Source of the DNA: Phoronis australis
Lineage: Eukaryota > Animalia > Phoronida
Assembly (NCBI GenBank): GCA_002633005.1
Contig: NMRA01000236.1
Location: 155,263 to 219,262, forward strand
Direction of reading: 5' to 3'
DNA length: 64,000 bases
Below the pieces are notes generated by a model, which worked only from the letters and a program-made list of their open reading frames with translations, had not been told where the DNA came from and ran no database searches. Below are positions 22,639 through 36,455 of the stretch, piece after piece. Made by a program: the position numbers and the translations under genes. Position 1 is the stretch's first letter. The number at the start of each line of letters is the position of its first letter.

Positions 22639-25040
22639 CCAGGTATCGAAACTGAAACGCCATGGCGGAGAACAAATAACACAGCTGGCATAACCAGCTC
22701 GCATTCCTAAATGTCAGGTCGCAACTTTTTTCCGCCGTTTTTACGCGCCAAAATTGATTTTTAGATCATCGAGAAATGTTTAGATTATGCTCTTAGCTGC
22801 AGCATTAAATACTCACAAATTTTAGATTGCAAAATTGAGTTCGCGCATGCAGGTACGGCGTTACTGTTCTTCACCACCGCCTGATCGGGTTCCGAGCCAC
22901 TGGTCGGGATAACGAGTCAGTCCGGCCGCGACGGGCCTGATCGGGTTCCGAGCCACTGGCCGGGATAACAAGCGTTTTGTGTGTTTAGAACTAAAAAATC
23001 ACAAGTATAAACAACACAGATCTATGTTCTCCTGTCTGTATTTCACGTGAGAATACTTCGAATTTATCTCCGAACAGACCCCAAACTCCTTGGTAAATTG
23101 GCCTGCCGAACTTTGTAGGCTACGGTGTGTCCAAATACCAATAAATCCGTAACAGCGAAATAAAACAACACGTTTTTATAAGAACTCGGTGTATTTTTAA
23201 GGGTTTTACATCGAAGTTTGATGATTCATTGGTGTTAAAGGATGAATTCAACCGATAAGCTGACAACAGTAACCCGTGTTGTGAACTGCTGAACAGACTG
23301 CGTGTGAAACCAATTACGTCATTGGATAATTTCAACTCCTCCGTCTGCCATCAGGTAACACAACCGAACGTGCCGTTACGGAGTAGAACTACTCGATTTA
23401 AATTGATACAAAATAGGTTGTTTTTTGGGTGGCATTCTCCTTTAACTTTCTTTGGAGGTACGAAACAAAGACGGGATCTGGTTTTTACATATTGAGAATA
23501 GACGTTTTTTGAAAACTGAATTTGTTGAGTAAAATGAGAGTGAGAAACTATATAGGCTGCGTGTCAATTTTAGACCACGCGCGGTGTTTGTAGTGTCCTA
23601 TGATGGAAGCTAGCCTGAACTGCGGTCGCTTAATTGGAAATCCTCAAAAGTTGAGGGGGAACGCTTAGTAGATCAGTGAGCGCTTATTATGAAACACTTC
23701 GAGGGTAGGGAGTAGATTTGTGGGTGAGCATAGTCGTTAACCTGAGTGTTTCAAAAGACCGCAATGGTAAGAAACGTTATAAAAATACGATTTTGCCAGG
23801 CAAACTCCATCTAGTAGGGGTGACTTTCTGCATATCGTTACCACCTACACTGTACCCTTTTTAGCCAGTCGGAATAAGTTTGTTTTTAATGGCCCGCTTC
23901 AGCCGGAACAAGATTGTTTCTATTGGAGTCTGAACATTTCACGGCGACGGTGAGCCGGGGAACGAAATGTTGGGGGTGGGAGGGTCTATGAAGAGAAGAG
24001 TAAAAAGTTCGCTAACAACAATTTCTCTTCTAGTACCCGTTTAGTTGCAATAGCCGGCTACTGCCATAGAATACAGGGTTTAGAGAACATCGACCTCGGG
24101 AAACATCGTCACAGGAAAATATCAGTTCTGGGTTATATCGGTCCCGGGAAATATCGTAAAGCATCGGGTCTTTTATAACCGCCGGTAATCTATGAGTTCA
24201 TTTTCAAATAAACCACTGGCACATACCCGGGTGCTTAACAGAGCCAAGCCGGTTTACTCTTTGATTTAGGACTGTCGCTGTTCTCTTTTGATGTGCAGCT
24301 TTGAAGTGGTGCGCACGCGTGAGTTCACACACTTGAATCGTTGGAGTAGGCATACACTTTACGTTGGCAACAACGTGTGAAAGACAAATCATATTTCGCG
24401 CACGTAGCTCCAGAAACAAGTAAAGGGGTTAGAGAGTTTCTTGGCAACTGAAAGTAAGGACGTGGCCGTCGTTTGGCGATTAATAGGGTTGCCATTTTCA
24501 CTTTGGCCGTTTTATGCCATAAAAAACGGAACTCACGTCTCTAAGTAATAAGGACATCTTACTCGAAAAATAAACATATTTGTCCACCACAAAGTTTGGT
24601 AAGCTGATCGCTTAAGAATTAGTAGAAACACCGCAGTTTTGTGACATTTTAAAACGTGTTATGCAGTGGCTCGAAACTTTCTTCGGCGAATCCGGAAATT
24701 TGCAAAAGTGGCCAAAAAAGTTAGCCAATAAAACGCGTCAAAGATCGATTCTGCATATCCCATGTTCACGCGACTTTCTTACAAGTCACCGGGAGGGCTG
24801 TTCTCAGTAAGTGTTCTTTTGAATTTGGATTTGGCAACAACCAAATAACGGTCGGATTAGTTAAGAGTCGCTTTATATTTGCCAGGTATCTGCCGAGAAG
24901 TGTAAAAACTCAGCTCGCATACGTTGGAAATTCCAGGTCGCATTTTGCGACATGATACGAGCTGACAAAAATCTCAGCTCGCATTTCCAGATTTCAGGTC
25001 GCAAATGCGACCTGCAGCTCGTTATGATATCAATAGCACC
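22639..25040. mobile_element. Probable composite non-autonomous DNA transposon with subterminal CAGCTCGCA...CAGGTCGCA repeats
   Basis: Motif at ~22695, ~24911 and ~24975; internal 34-bp direct repeat at 22880/22937; boundaries uncertain. Confidence 0.35.
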
Positions 25041-26357
25041 GTTAAACTAGTCACTTGAATAGGTTAACAGAGATTAGTGGTAAAACAGAAATGTTTTTCT
25101 GACTTACAAATCGCCTAATGGTCAAATCAACTGGTGATCCAAACGAATCCGCCTCACATATGTTATAACGTCGACTGGTCATCCAAACTAATCCGCACCA
25201 AATGCGTTATAATGTCGACAACCTGTCACTCGAAGTTAGTAACTTACGCAATGCCAATTTACGAAGACTTCATATGTTTGTCATGGTGTTTCCGTGCGGG
25301 TATAACCACTCCATTTTATTCGTCATACCTGATGGTGGATACGCCGCCAATACTTAATTAATTCCTCACTACCAGCAGTCGTCAACAACATCCCCATCAT
25401 TATTGTATGGCGCGTTTAAGTACGATGATACCGAGACTTAACCTTTACGTTTACACGCATAAACGTTCATTCACTGCATATTCGCATTATAACAATTGTA
25501 CCTGTTGCGAACTTTCGATTGACTTAAGATGTCGACAACGCATTCAGAACCATGGAATAATGGTATACCACCTGTTAGTTTTGATGTGCAGTCTTCCAAA
25601 AAAGCTCCATTGGCCGACACAACTACAACAGTTAGTGTAAAAGGTTGTGTCTATTTATTCACTTAGAGCCGCTACTAGAGCGGTTGCTTACACAAACAGA
25701 TGAGGTTATGCCCTGAGGCAACAGATAAATGGACGACTCATCATATGAAAGACTGCTTATAATGGAGCAAATTCTTGTATTGGAAAAGAGCACAAACGCT
25801 AATGCAATATGAGAGGCATTCGGTGACGAGCACCACGACGACAGTTTACGTCTTTGTTATAGTAAAATGTGCAACCGAACTTAAAGCCCGTGGCTGCATT
25901 ATTTGTATTAACACTTGCTCCAAAGGTAAGCTAGATACACTAGTGTAGTAAGGCTTCCAAAGGCTCAGATTTTCATCTTGTGACTGCAGAAACTACGGGT
26001 TTTTGTTACGGGTTTTTGAATGAACATTTTAAAGCTATTTACTCGTCTCGCTGATTCATAAAACTTACAGTAGATAAAAATAAATACTACTGCACACGCT
26101 GCACACTGAATAGCTTTGTTGGTTCCTTTTCGCGAACTTTATCTTTCTAAGTCATTAACAGATTTTTCTCCGTGGTCTCTCGACTCCCGGTCATTTTTGT
26201 CTTTTTGTGGCATCTTTCATCGCACTCGAGATACTGTTGCCCGAGCGACAACTTATTCCGATTGCGACAATACATGCCGTCAACATTGACGACACTATGT
26301 GCCAGGTGCCACAATGTATGCAGTGAACACTGCCAAATGTTGTCGAAAGGGTGTCAA

Positions 26358-26810
26358 TGAGTAGTAGTTTCTTTTTTCACAAACAGTAAGAACATATTTA
26401 CCCTTGACAGTTTCGGCTCCTATCAGCAGCCATCTCGGTCAGACTAAATGAACATATAGGACGGAGGTGGATGAGCTATCTCATCGTAGGGTCACACGTT
26501 CAGAGAGGAGACGATCTCAGAGTACTATTAACAAATCTGCAGTGACTGATCTTGCTCTTGGTTTTAATCATATGATTAACTGGGATGATGCAGGTCCTGT
26601 TGAGACTGAATGTAATCTAAGATCTAGACCGACAAGAGAGTCAATCTGGGTCAAGAAAAGTGAATCGGCCATCAATAGGGACGATAGAGGATATAAGTTG
26701 TCCACGCCACCTAGTGTCCAGTAGGTTGGAAAGATGGTTGCTGATAGTAGCCGAAACTGTCAAGAGTAAATATATTCTTACTGTCTGTGAAAAAAAGAAA
26801 CTACAACTCA
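26358..26810 (+). mobile_element. Penelope-like element 3' end (GIY-YIG C-terminus) with inverted pseudo-LTR
   Basis: KSAVTD...NHMINWDD...RESIWVKK...INRDDRGYKLS; arms 26358-26435 and 26732-26810 are inverted copies. Confidence 0.82.
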
Positions 26811-26949
26811 TCAACTCTACCGACCTTGTGAAACTATTCAGTAAGGTGTGTCAAGGACAGCATGTACTGTCGCACTCCATGTCGCTTACAGAGTCGCTTC
26901 ATGGACTTACTGAGAACTGTCAGTTGCATTATTGCATCAAGTCATTCAT

Positions 26950-29360
26950 ACCATAGTCGTCTATTCAGTAGAGAGGAAAATGACTGAAAACGAAGGGAGG
27001 GACAGCTGTGATGACCACATCCACAAGTATAACTGATGAGTTTGTGTCTGAAGACATCATAACCATCAGACCCCTTTGGTATTTGGTAAAGTGTTCCATT
27101 GTCGAATGGCTTGAAAAAGTTCTTTGTCTGGGAAAACAAAATTCTTTGAGCAAGAAAATCTGGTCCCGATTTGGTGGCTCTTTCGAACGAGTAATAAGTT
27201 ATGAAGTGTCAAAAGGCTCACTGAGAATAAGTCTGACCGCCTGCTTTTGAGCCTCCAATAGACAGGGAAACCAATCTTGCTTTGCATCCTGACTAAAGTA
27301 CTACAATAAATACACAGGCGCTGAAATATTTCAGACGGCCTATAGTGTCAACAGTGACACCCAATAACTCTTCACTGTCAACCTGTTTGAACTGCACACG
27401 ACAAATAACCAGAGTAAGTTCAAAGTCACTTCTACTACGACGTTGCCGCAAGCTCTGAGGCAATACTCATACGTTTTGTTTTTTCAGCATGAATTACCAT
27501 TTTGTTATCAGCACATCAGGTAGCAAATTTAATCCACATCAGACTGAATTAAGTTCTTTACATTGACCAGTGAGTTTGCCACAACAGATAAAGTAGAATC
27601 GTCTGCATACATGTCAACTGCGCAGAGGTCCCAGGATGGATCCCTGTGACACCGTGCGTGATACCTATTGCTCGGGACTAAGACAGACGTCCACCAAGGT
27701 ATACAACAAAAATTACATGGCACCTTTCTGAGAGGTATGATACAAGCCAATCCTGTGAAACCTTCCCAATCCTGTAAACTGACAGTTTTGTNGCACACCA
27801 GTACAGCAGACAATAGATCAACGCTAAGCTCCGCCCACGTGACAGCCATATTTGTTTTGGTCGTCTGTCGTGCATCACAAGTTCGAAAAAATGATTAAAA
27901 TTACGCTGTAAACAAACAGGTATGTCACATTTTCTAAATATGAAGTAAATATCAGCTTTATTTCTAGTACTTCAACAAAAATTGGAACATAATGACCACG
28001 CATTCTGAACGAAATTTGATCTCAAGTGGCAATCGATGACCGCTTAACTTCAAAGCCGTTTTTCTCGGCTCGGGATTTCAGGATAGTGACACGATTCTCA
28101 GGCCTATTTTTCCACAACACGTTGGACAATTTTAACGAAAGTTGCAAATTTGAAATCCTCTTGGACTGTAGTAAAATCGCGTGCCAGGGTTTTTTGATAA
28201 ATGGACCAGATTTTTAGTTATTAGACGGAAAGTGACCAAATGACAAAAAGTGGCGTGCTTGCCCCAACTCACACACAAAAAATGCCACAAAATCAAGATC
28301 ATAATGATTTTGTACATATATTTGGTATGGATAAGTAGAATATTGCGTAAGGAAATAGTTGATGATGATCCCTGTGCATTTTGAAAAAAAATTCGAGGTA
28401 AAATTGGATTTGTTGAAAATTAAAAAATACGATTTTTTAAAAAAACGAATTACAAAAAAACATTTTTTTCGTTTTTTGTCACTTTCAGAGTCATGTCTAA
28501 CTAGTTAAAACTCCCTTTTTACTCCTTTTAGTTAGGAACCTGGAGATTTGATCAGTGTATACACCTACCTTAATGAGGTGAGTGGTCACTTCTGAAACTG
28601 GGTTGGGAGGCAACTATTAAATCATGTTCAGTCAAAATGAATAAAGGTTATTGTGAACATGTTTCTCCAACAATTTAGACAAGACCGACAAAAGTGAAAA
28701 TGGTCTGTAGTTGTTTACATTGTCAACACCACCGCCTTTGTGTAAAGAAGCTACTTTTGCAAGATTCCATAAAGTAGGAAATTTGGAGGTTTTTATGCTC
28801 AGGTTCAATAGATAAGTGATCGATGGCGTCAGCTCGTCATGAGCTAGTTTCAATAATTTGGAGCTGACACCATCCATACCAATGGCTTTATTTAAATCAA
28901 GACCATTTAAAAACTTGTCAACAAAGGAATATCATATCCTATATCATTGCCTACTCTGGCTCTAACAAAGTCAACTAGATCGTTATGGGTGGAGTTTGCA
29001 TCTTCAACGTCACGAATAAGTTTGCTAGCCAAGTCAGTAAAAATGTGTTAAAATTATTAGCAATCTGAGTTTTATCGTATACACTTCTCATTAATCCCCA
29101 ACATGGCAGGTGATGAGGATTTTTCGTTAGGATCAGCAACTTGTCTGATGACTTTCCATAACATTTTTGCATAAGTGAAATTGCTATTGCTCAGTGAAAA
29201 GTAATAACCACTCTTTGTCTTTCTAATCATTGATATAACACGATTTCGTTCAAATCTGTAGCCCCCATATTTGCCGCATTGTCGCAGACTGTCCCGGAGC
29301 TTTATTGCTTCAAAAATGTCATCACTGAACCATTGTGGTTGACGTAAGTCTTCCATGGAG
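26950..29360 (-). mobile_element. Decayed CR1/L2-group LINE ORF2, interrupted by a TAG-terminated DNA-element fragment (~27800-28616)
   Basis: DGVSSKLLKLA...FPTLWNLAKVASLHKGG...NNYRPFSLLSVLSKLLEKHV, MYADDSTL and the PQWFSDDI linker. Confidence 0.85.
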
Positions 29361-29555
29361 CATGGTCGTCATTATTGTTTCATCGCTATCACTGAAGTAA
29401 AATTCAAAAATGTCTTCCCAGAAGGTTCTGGTGCAATAACAATGTAAAAACATGTGTAGCAAAGTTTCTGAGGCTTGATTACAAAATGTACAAGCAGAAA
29501 ACTCCAAGACGCCTATTTTATAAAGATATGCGTACTTGGCTGAGCAAATCGACAT
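29360..29555 (-). mobile_element. L1/Tx1-type LINE zinc-knuckle (zf-RVT-like) fragment
   Basis: CTFCNQASETLLHMFLHCYCTRTFW matches the CxxC...ET..H.F..C...FW motif. Confidence 0.7.
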
Positions 29556-31026
29556 CGTCTTTACTGGCCGTTAAAATGTAAAACAGAAAAAAAGCATGCA
29601 CACCCGCTGTTGTTTCAACAAAAAAAAAAACAAGAAAGAAACATCAACAAGTTTTTATCTCAAAACATTGAGCTCCACACCTCAAATGCAATAACGCGCA
29701 CCTGAACTTGATTTTGCTGCCCGGACACAGTGACCGGCGAAGTAATTCCCCTCCAGTTGCCGTGGAAAATATCATCACTTGCCAAATTGGCTTTGATTTT
29801 CAATTATCAGGATGGGAAAATATTGCAGTGTTAGGAGCATGATGCAGTATTTTTTAATCTCTTTGTCACACGAATTTCACCCATTCAAGGCCCGTGCAGC
29901 TAATTAATATGTTCATCTTGCGCGGCGGAACACAGACATCCGCGCAGACCAGGCGGTCGGGCTCTGCCAGGTAGTAGCTTATACGAATGCTTCTGGCTGA
30001 GGGGAATTATTCTTTTACTTTAAACTCATTAATACTTGTATCATATCATTTGGCACCATGGCAAGTTTTCTTTCTGAACGTATTTCTCCACCAAATGGTA
30101 TTCTGTCGTTCGTTGTTGGCCGTCAGCAGCTCGGCCGTAACAGAAGTCGGTCGCTAGAGACCACCGGTATTTTAGTTTCCGTCTAAATTTATTTTCGATA
30201 TTTTGGAAAGTTTAATCGTCAGTATATTCAACTGTATAGCGATTTTATTTAGATATCGCATGTTCGTTGTTATGTTTATACTGTTTGTTTACCAGAGTTA
30301 ATTACACCCAATAAAACACGTTTAACCTAGTTTCCATAGTCGCAGGCCTTGTTATTCAATCGTTGGCACAGGACTGTGACAGTCCGTAATTTTATGCGTC
30401 TGAAACTATCTTCGTATGTACGGTGGGTACGATGTTCAAAAGCTTGACCGTACAAACGTTGCAGGTGACATCAGTAACACTGACAGTGGTTTACAACGAT
30501 GAACTGCTACTTTGTTTTTGTAAATTTCAAAGACATGTTAAAAGAGCATTATTGCTTTTAGTAAATTATTGCTAGTTTAATGAGAAACAGTTATGTATCT
30601 CTAGAGCACTACACGAATACTGACACCGAGACCTGTCGGTGCACCATGGAAAAACTTACGTAATAAAACCATACCGAGGTCGACTGCCAATCATATTGCA
30701 CTGATGAGGACCTGTATACTCGGTTCACATGCTGACTAATTGCGTTTTCGCCAGCACTTTTGATAGCAGCAAAAATACCAGTAATGTGAAAGGTCGCAAA
30801 GATCACTTTTGCTGACGCTCTCCACGAGGTTTAAGTGTATACCCCCAAAACTACAAGCTAACACTTATGTGGCCAGACCGCTTACTTCTCAGTTCTCTGC
30901 TTCAAAGGACGTGTGCAGCAGCAAAAGGCAAATCAATCCATTTATGACACAAAAATGAACGTGTATTGACATCAATTTTCTACTCGGGTGGTGAGGAAAC
31001 TAACTAAGTATCGTTGGCTCAATTTG

Positions 31027-31310
31027 TGAACGTTACTCACGTAAATTACGTGCGTAACTTAATTTTTGTTAATGGTGTAAATTAATTATCAGCTGTGTAA
31101 TTTAATAATTAAGGGTGTAAGTTTAATTATTTGCGACGTAAATTAACTTTAAATGACGTAACGTAGTTATTTGCGACGCAAATTAATTTTAACTGGCGTA
31201 AATTAAGTATCAACGGCGTAAAGTAATTATTTGCGGCATAAATTAAAGTTAATTTACGTGCGTATATTATGCACTTACTTAATGAATTTACGCCGTCAAT
31301 TAATTCTTAA
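31027..31310. repeat. AT-rich MITE-like repeat with ~20-bp GTAAATTAA subrepeats; inverted second copy at ~36020-36218
   Basis: GTGAACGTTACxCxCGTAAATTACGTGCGTAA start shared with the reverse complement of 36185-36218. Confidence 0.7.
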
Positions 31311-31447
31311 CGTCGGCAAATTATCTTAAATAATAACAAAGGGAAAACAATTGAGCTACGCCGAGACGAAACGGGGATTTGTTATTGAATGTTCAACGAA
31401 ACGTGAACGATAAATGGTCCTGCAGTGAGGAATATACGTCTGGGAGA

Positions 31448-31843
31448 GGTCTCCAATCTTTTTACTCGAAATGGAACTCAAAATTAGGTTTGGCATTTTC
31501 TACTCTACTTTTAGGCGAACTCAAGATAAGTGTCTATTATTCTATACCCGAGTACACAATAACTTGCGTAGATAATTTATTGCCTTTAGTTCACAGTTTG
31601 TAAACCCAATATTAAAGCAATAAGTTCGAGTTTGAACTCGAAATTTCGAGTTTTTACTCGAGTTTGTAGCACGAATATAAGGGTCTTCAAGGGCAAACTT
31701 GAACTAGAAACTCCTATGCATAAACTATAATGTATTCGAGCACAGTCTGATAACCAATTATCTTAAGTTCGCACAAAAGGAGCAGAGAAATTGCTAAAAA
31801 TAGTTTCGAGTTCGTTTCGAGTACAAAGATTAGAGACCGGGCC
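31448..31843. mobile_element. ~390-bp foldback MITE (near-complete hairpin, Harbinger-like GGCCC end)
   Basis: Left arm GGTCTCCAATCTTTTTACTCGAAA... pairs with right arm ...TTTCGAGTACAAAGATTAGAGACC. Confidence 0.75.
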
Positions 31844-32361
31844 ATAGCGTGCGCGAGAGAAGAATTTTATACGCGGATTAAATTGTTTATATGATAATTA
31901 TGGCGCAGTTGTGCGCCATTTGAGGAATAGAAGTCTTTAATAAAAGTAATCCCCTCTTTAAATCAATTTTCATAAAAAAATTCTCCGACCATCAACTCGT
32001 CATCATCGGAAATGGGCTCTATTTGATTTGTTACATATTCTATTTGGAAATAAAAAAGACCACGCTCTCGAAATCTCCGAATATTGATCTACTCATGTTT
32101 GGTAGTTTCATACGTTTCTATTGTCATTAAATAAGTATCATATGTTCAAACGTTTTTGAATAGTTATTAAAATTAAACGTCAGATCTAGCTACAATCAAG
32201 GACCACTGAACGATTCAGTGGAACGGTGAATGTTGACTGAGACCCTTTTGTACCGCTGACCTCACACGCATGCTGGCGCCCCTAGTACAGGTCATGAGTA
32301 TTCACGAACCGAGTTAACCACTGATTTTGAGTTAGCCACTGATTGAGCATATTGATGGACG

Positions 32362-33582
32362 TTAAGTAGCACCAGACGAGTCACAGATAGTTGTAACAAA
32401 TAATACTCTATATTGTGACCTTCGTCAATCCTCAAAAGTTCAGAAGTAAACATTTATTTTGCGATATGTTACATAGTGAATTCTGAAGTTGCATTATAAA
32501 TAATTGCTCAGCTGAGTGTCTGAAGTCCTGTGTTCACTACTGCAGATGGCCGAAATACTAGTATGCAGTGGCTGTGTTTACGTTTCAGCGTCCCGTTTGA
32601 TTTACAGCAGTGATAAACAGTCTGCTTTCTGTGAGTGGAATGTGTTAATTATAAATTTAGCTTATGTCGACCACAACGGTATCAAAATCTACGCCTTCAT
32701 ATCCATTAATAGTTCCATTGACGAACAGTACTGTCTGTGACCTACCCAGATGGTGTTATCAACCCGAATCGAGTTACCAGTTGTTTAAACAAACTGGGCA
32801 CCAGTCTCGCTGGTACCCTACGTACCNAACCTATCATGTGATATCAAAATTGTTCAGAAACGATTCTGTTTGAAGCAGAAACTGGAGTAGAAAATTTGGT
32901 CAAAAATGACTCATTCCACACCAAGGAATTGCCTCATTTTGCCCCCAAGAACACTTCCCTTGTATCTCCTAAACCACCAAACTTTGTGGTGTCATACTCC
33001 ACCCAATTTCTCTCATCCCTAATGTGATTTATCAGACTAAACATGGATCTGAATGGCTGACCCCCCACCTTGCCGCCTGTTGGCTGTACAGTGGTCGGTG
33101 GATCCGTGGACTGATACTTAAGTAGCACCAGACGAGTCACAGATAGTTGTAACAAATAATACTCTATATTGTGACCTTCGTCAATCCTCAAAAGTTCAGA
33201 AGTAAACATTTATTTTGCGATATGTTACATAGTGAATTCTGAAGTTGCATTATAAATAATTGCTCAGCTGAGTGTCTGAAGTCCTGTGTTCACTACTGCA
33301 GATGGCCGAAATACTAGTATGCAGTGGCTGTGTTTACGTTTCAGCGTCCCGTTTGATTTACAGCAGTGATAAACAGTCTGCTTTCTGTGAGTGGAATGTG
33401 TTAATTATAAATTTAGCTTATGTCGACCACAACGGTATCAAAATCTACGCCTTCATATCCATTAATAGTTCCATTGACGAACAGTACTGTCTGTGACCTA
33501 CCCAGATGGTGTTATCAACCCGAATCGAGTTACCAGTTGTTTAAACAAACTGGGCACCAGTCTCGCTGGTACCCTACGTACC
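32362..33582. repeat. ~465-bp perfect direct duplication (32362-32826 = 33118-33582) abutting an N
   Basis: Identical sequence and identical ORF translations in the track; N at 32827. Confidence 0.9.
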
Positions 33583-35054
33583 TAGCCAGCACGCAGGTAT
33601 CACGCAGTGGCACTGATGTAACCTCAGCAGCCATTGGTTAGCTTCACAACACCGTGGAAAAATGGCGGACTCGGAACGATTTTTAGCCTTGTCATGCAAG
33701 TGGTGTCGCAGCGACTATTTCGTTTCTGCAGTTATGTTTAATAGCCGCGTGCTTGAAACACATGCATGTACAATAAACACATATCTGGCCCATTTAACCG
33801 GTGTGTTATTCATTCTGTATGAATACAGGACAGTATCGTAAACAAATGTCACCGACAGTAGAAAGATGCACTCGGAAAAGGAGCAATCACAATTTCTAGG
33901 ATTCACATTTCCTAAACATAAATATTAAGCACCGACTTGTCTGTACAACAGACCACATTTACACTTCAGTCCATCAGTCATGCCAGTTTGTTTGCGTACA
34001 GCGCTACCTGTTGAGAATTCGACTAGCCAATCAGAAACCCCGGTGTAAAAAAATTCCCCGAGGAAAATTAAGCGAAACCTGCGTGCTGACTACTGACCAC
34101 CTAGCGGCACGCAGGGAACCAGCGAGGCGCACCAGTATCCTACGCTTGTAGAGCCTCATTACAATTTTGATTATTATCCATTTCAATACAAAAATATCAA
34201 AGTCAGTCAAAATATTATTTCACAAAAAGTTTCCAATAACTTACGAATCCCCAGATATTCATATTTATTCCAAAACCCGGCTACAGCACTTTTTTAGCCG
34301 GGTTATTCTTGACTGATTTTCTTATTTGACAAAAACTGTTTGGATCAATTGGTGCGAAAAAGTTCAGCATTTGATGTAGTAAATAGTATTCTGTGATTCA
34401 CTGGCATAGCCAAAACTATTAAAAAAGTTGCTCTAAAACTTAACGTAGTGTTTCATGAGAAAAAACACAGGGCCCGGGCATTGCCAACGTTTCACAACTC
34501 CTAACTGGTGACTGATAATTACTATTATATGCATGAAGCTGATATCATTAATCATTCTTTTTTCGGACATTATGTTTCTTCAAAAACAATGACTCAACGT
34601 CCTACAATACAAATCGTTGCCAAAAGTGAGGCTAACTAGCTGGTTCCTAAACTTGATTCATCACCTCCACTAGGAGCGCCAGCATGCGTGTTACGTCAGC
34701 GGTGAATATTGTCTACATTCACTATAAGGTACTGCGTTTCAGTGTGGCCGATGGTTGTTTACGTAGGGTCGTCTGCAGTTAACTCTAGACAGCCAGTGCG
34801 AATTTAGGGGTATCTACTTTAAATGTTAGATAATTGGAGTCGGATTGTAACACTAATCAGCTTGTAAATTGTGTTCAACTAGGTAAACTTTTTTGAATTT
34901 TTACTCTATCACATTCCACTCTCGAGTTATAATGGTCATCTGGAAATCTGGCGACCATTTTGTCCGCCAACTCGAAAAACCAACGTCCTGGCGCCACTCC
35001 GATTCCGGTAGACTTTTTTTCTCGCACTAAGGGGTGTGAGAGAATACGATTTAT

Positions 35055-35283
35055 GCAATAAAACCTTCTGTTGCAATTTTTCCGGGTCATCCGTAGAACG
35101 ACTGGACTATGTGCCCATCCATGTGACAAGCAATAAAACCTTCTGTTGCATTTTTTTCCGGTTCATCCGTAGAACGACTGGACTATGTGCCCATCCATGT
35201 GACAAGCAATAAAACCTTCTGTTGCAATTTTTTCCGGGTCATCCGTAGAACGACTGGGCTATGTGCCCATCCATGTGACAAGC
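35055..35283. repeat. Tandem repeat, 3 x 75-76 bp
   Basis: GCAATAAAACCTTCTGTTGC...CATGTGACAA units at 35055, 35130 and 35206. Confidence 0.9.
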
Positions 35284-36455
35284 GACTTTAACACCCATGT
35301 AGTAGACAGCTTTCTCTGATAAATTCTGATCTATAGAATTGAATATAGCGACCGTATTACAAGGTTTGACTTGTAACAGGTCACTACTCCGATGGCCCAT
35401 TACTCTGGAAAAACACAACGATTTTTTTGATTTTTTACTCGAAAACTACTTAACGAGTGTTCTAAATTTTTAAACTGCATTGATGCTTGATTCATCTAAA
35501 CAAAACACTATAGGGGCTTCCCGATGTTCTCCTGTACTGCTGTTTCCTTGACCTCACAGGCTCTCAATCTTTCCTCTGTTGTTTTAAAATAATTTTGAGC
35601 GCAGTTTTTAAGTTTCTCAATACTAAGGACTGTGCGTAAAAATACAATTAACACAAGCGAAAAGTAGCCACCCAAGCACCCAGGATTTACAAAATTGAAC
35701 ACCTATCGGGGCTGTACAGCACGTTGATTGAACCATTGGGGTTGACAAGCACCGACCGAAAGCGATCAGCAGTGGTCAGTGTCAACCGCTTTCAAATTCT
35801 GGGCAGCATAGGATGGTGATCTGACACGTGAGCCATATGAGTTGTGTTGTTTTAAGGGAGGCATAGTTTAAGCACCTTGAAATGTCAACTTACTCTTGTT
35901 GAAAAGTGGCCGATGATCGGACTGTTTCATCTATGCCAGCAAATATTTGTGCCATTCTATTGCAATTGTAAAACTGACGGTTACTGTACGAGAAAAAAAT
36001 TAATTTAGGGGGTAAAGTGTTTATTTACGTGCGCAAATTACGCACGTGAATTAACTTCCATTTACGCCCTTAAAAGCTAACTTACACCGTTTAAAGTTAA
36101 TTTGCTCCGCAAAAAATATTAATCTACTCCACAAATAATTAATTTATGCAGTTAATAATTAATTTACATCACTAACAAGACTTAATTTACGCACGTAATT
36201 TACGCGTGTAACGTTCACCCATCAGAATACGTATTGAATGAGGTCAAAATTTCAGAAGGAAAATGAACCTAATGACCCCATGGCTGCACCAAATGACCTG
36301 AAACTTTCGATTTGGAACTAAATTGCATGTACCGATCAGTTATGAGAATTTGAAATGTCTAGTCCAAAGTCTTAGTTTGCACCCAATTACTTATAACCTA
36401 TTTAATCATATTGGATGACCCGATTACTTCGAAAAGAAACTTTTTAAATTAGGTT

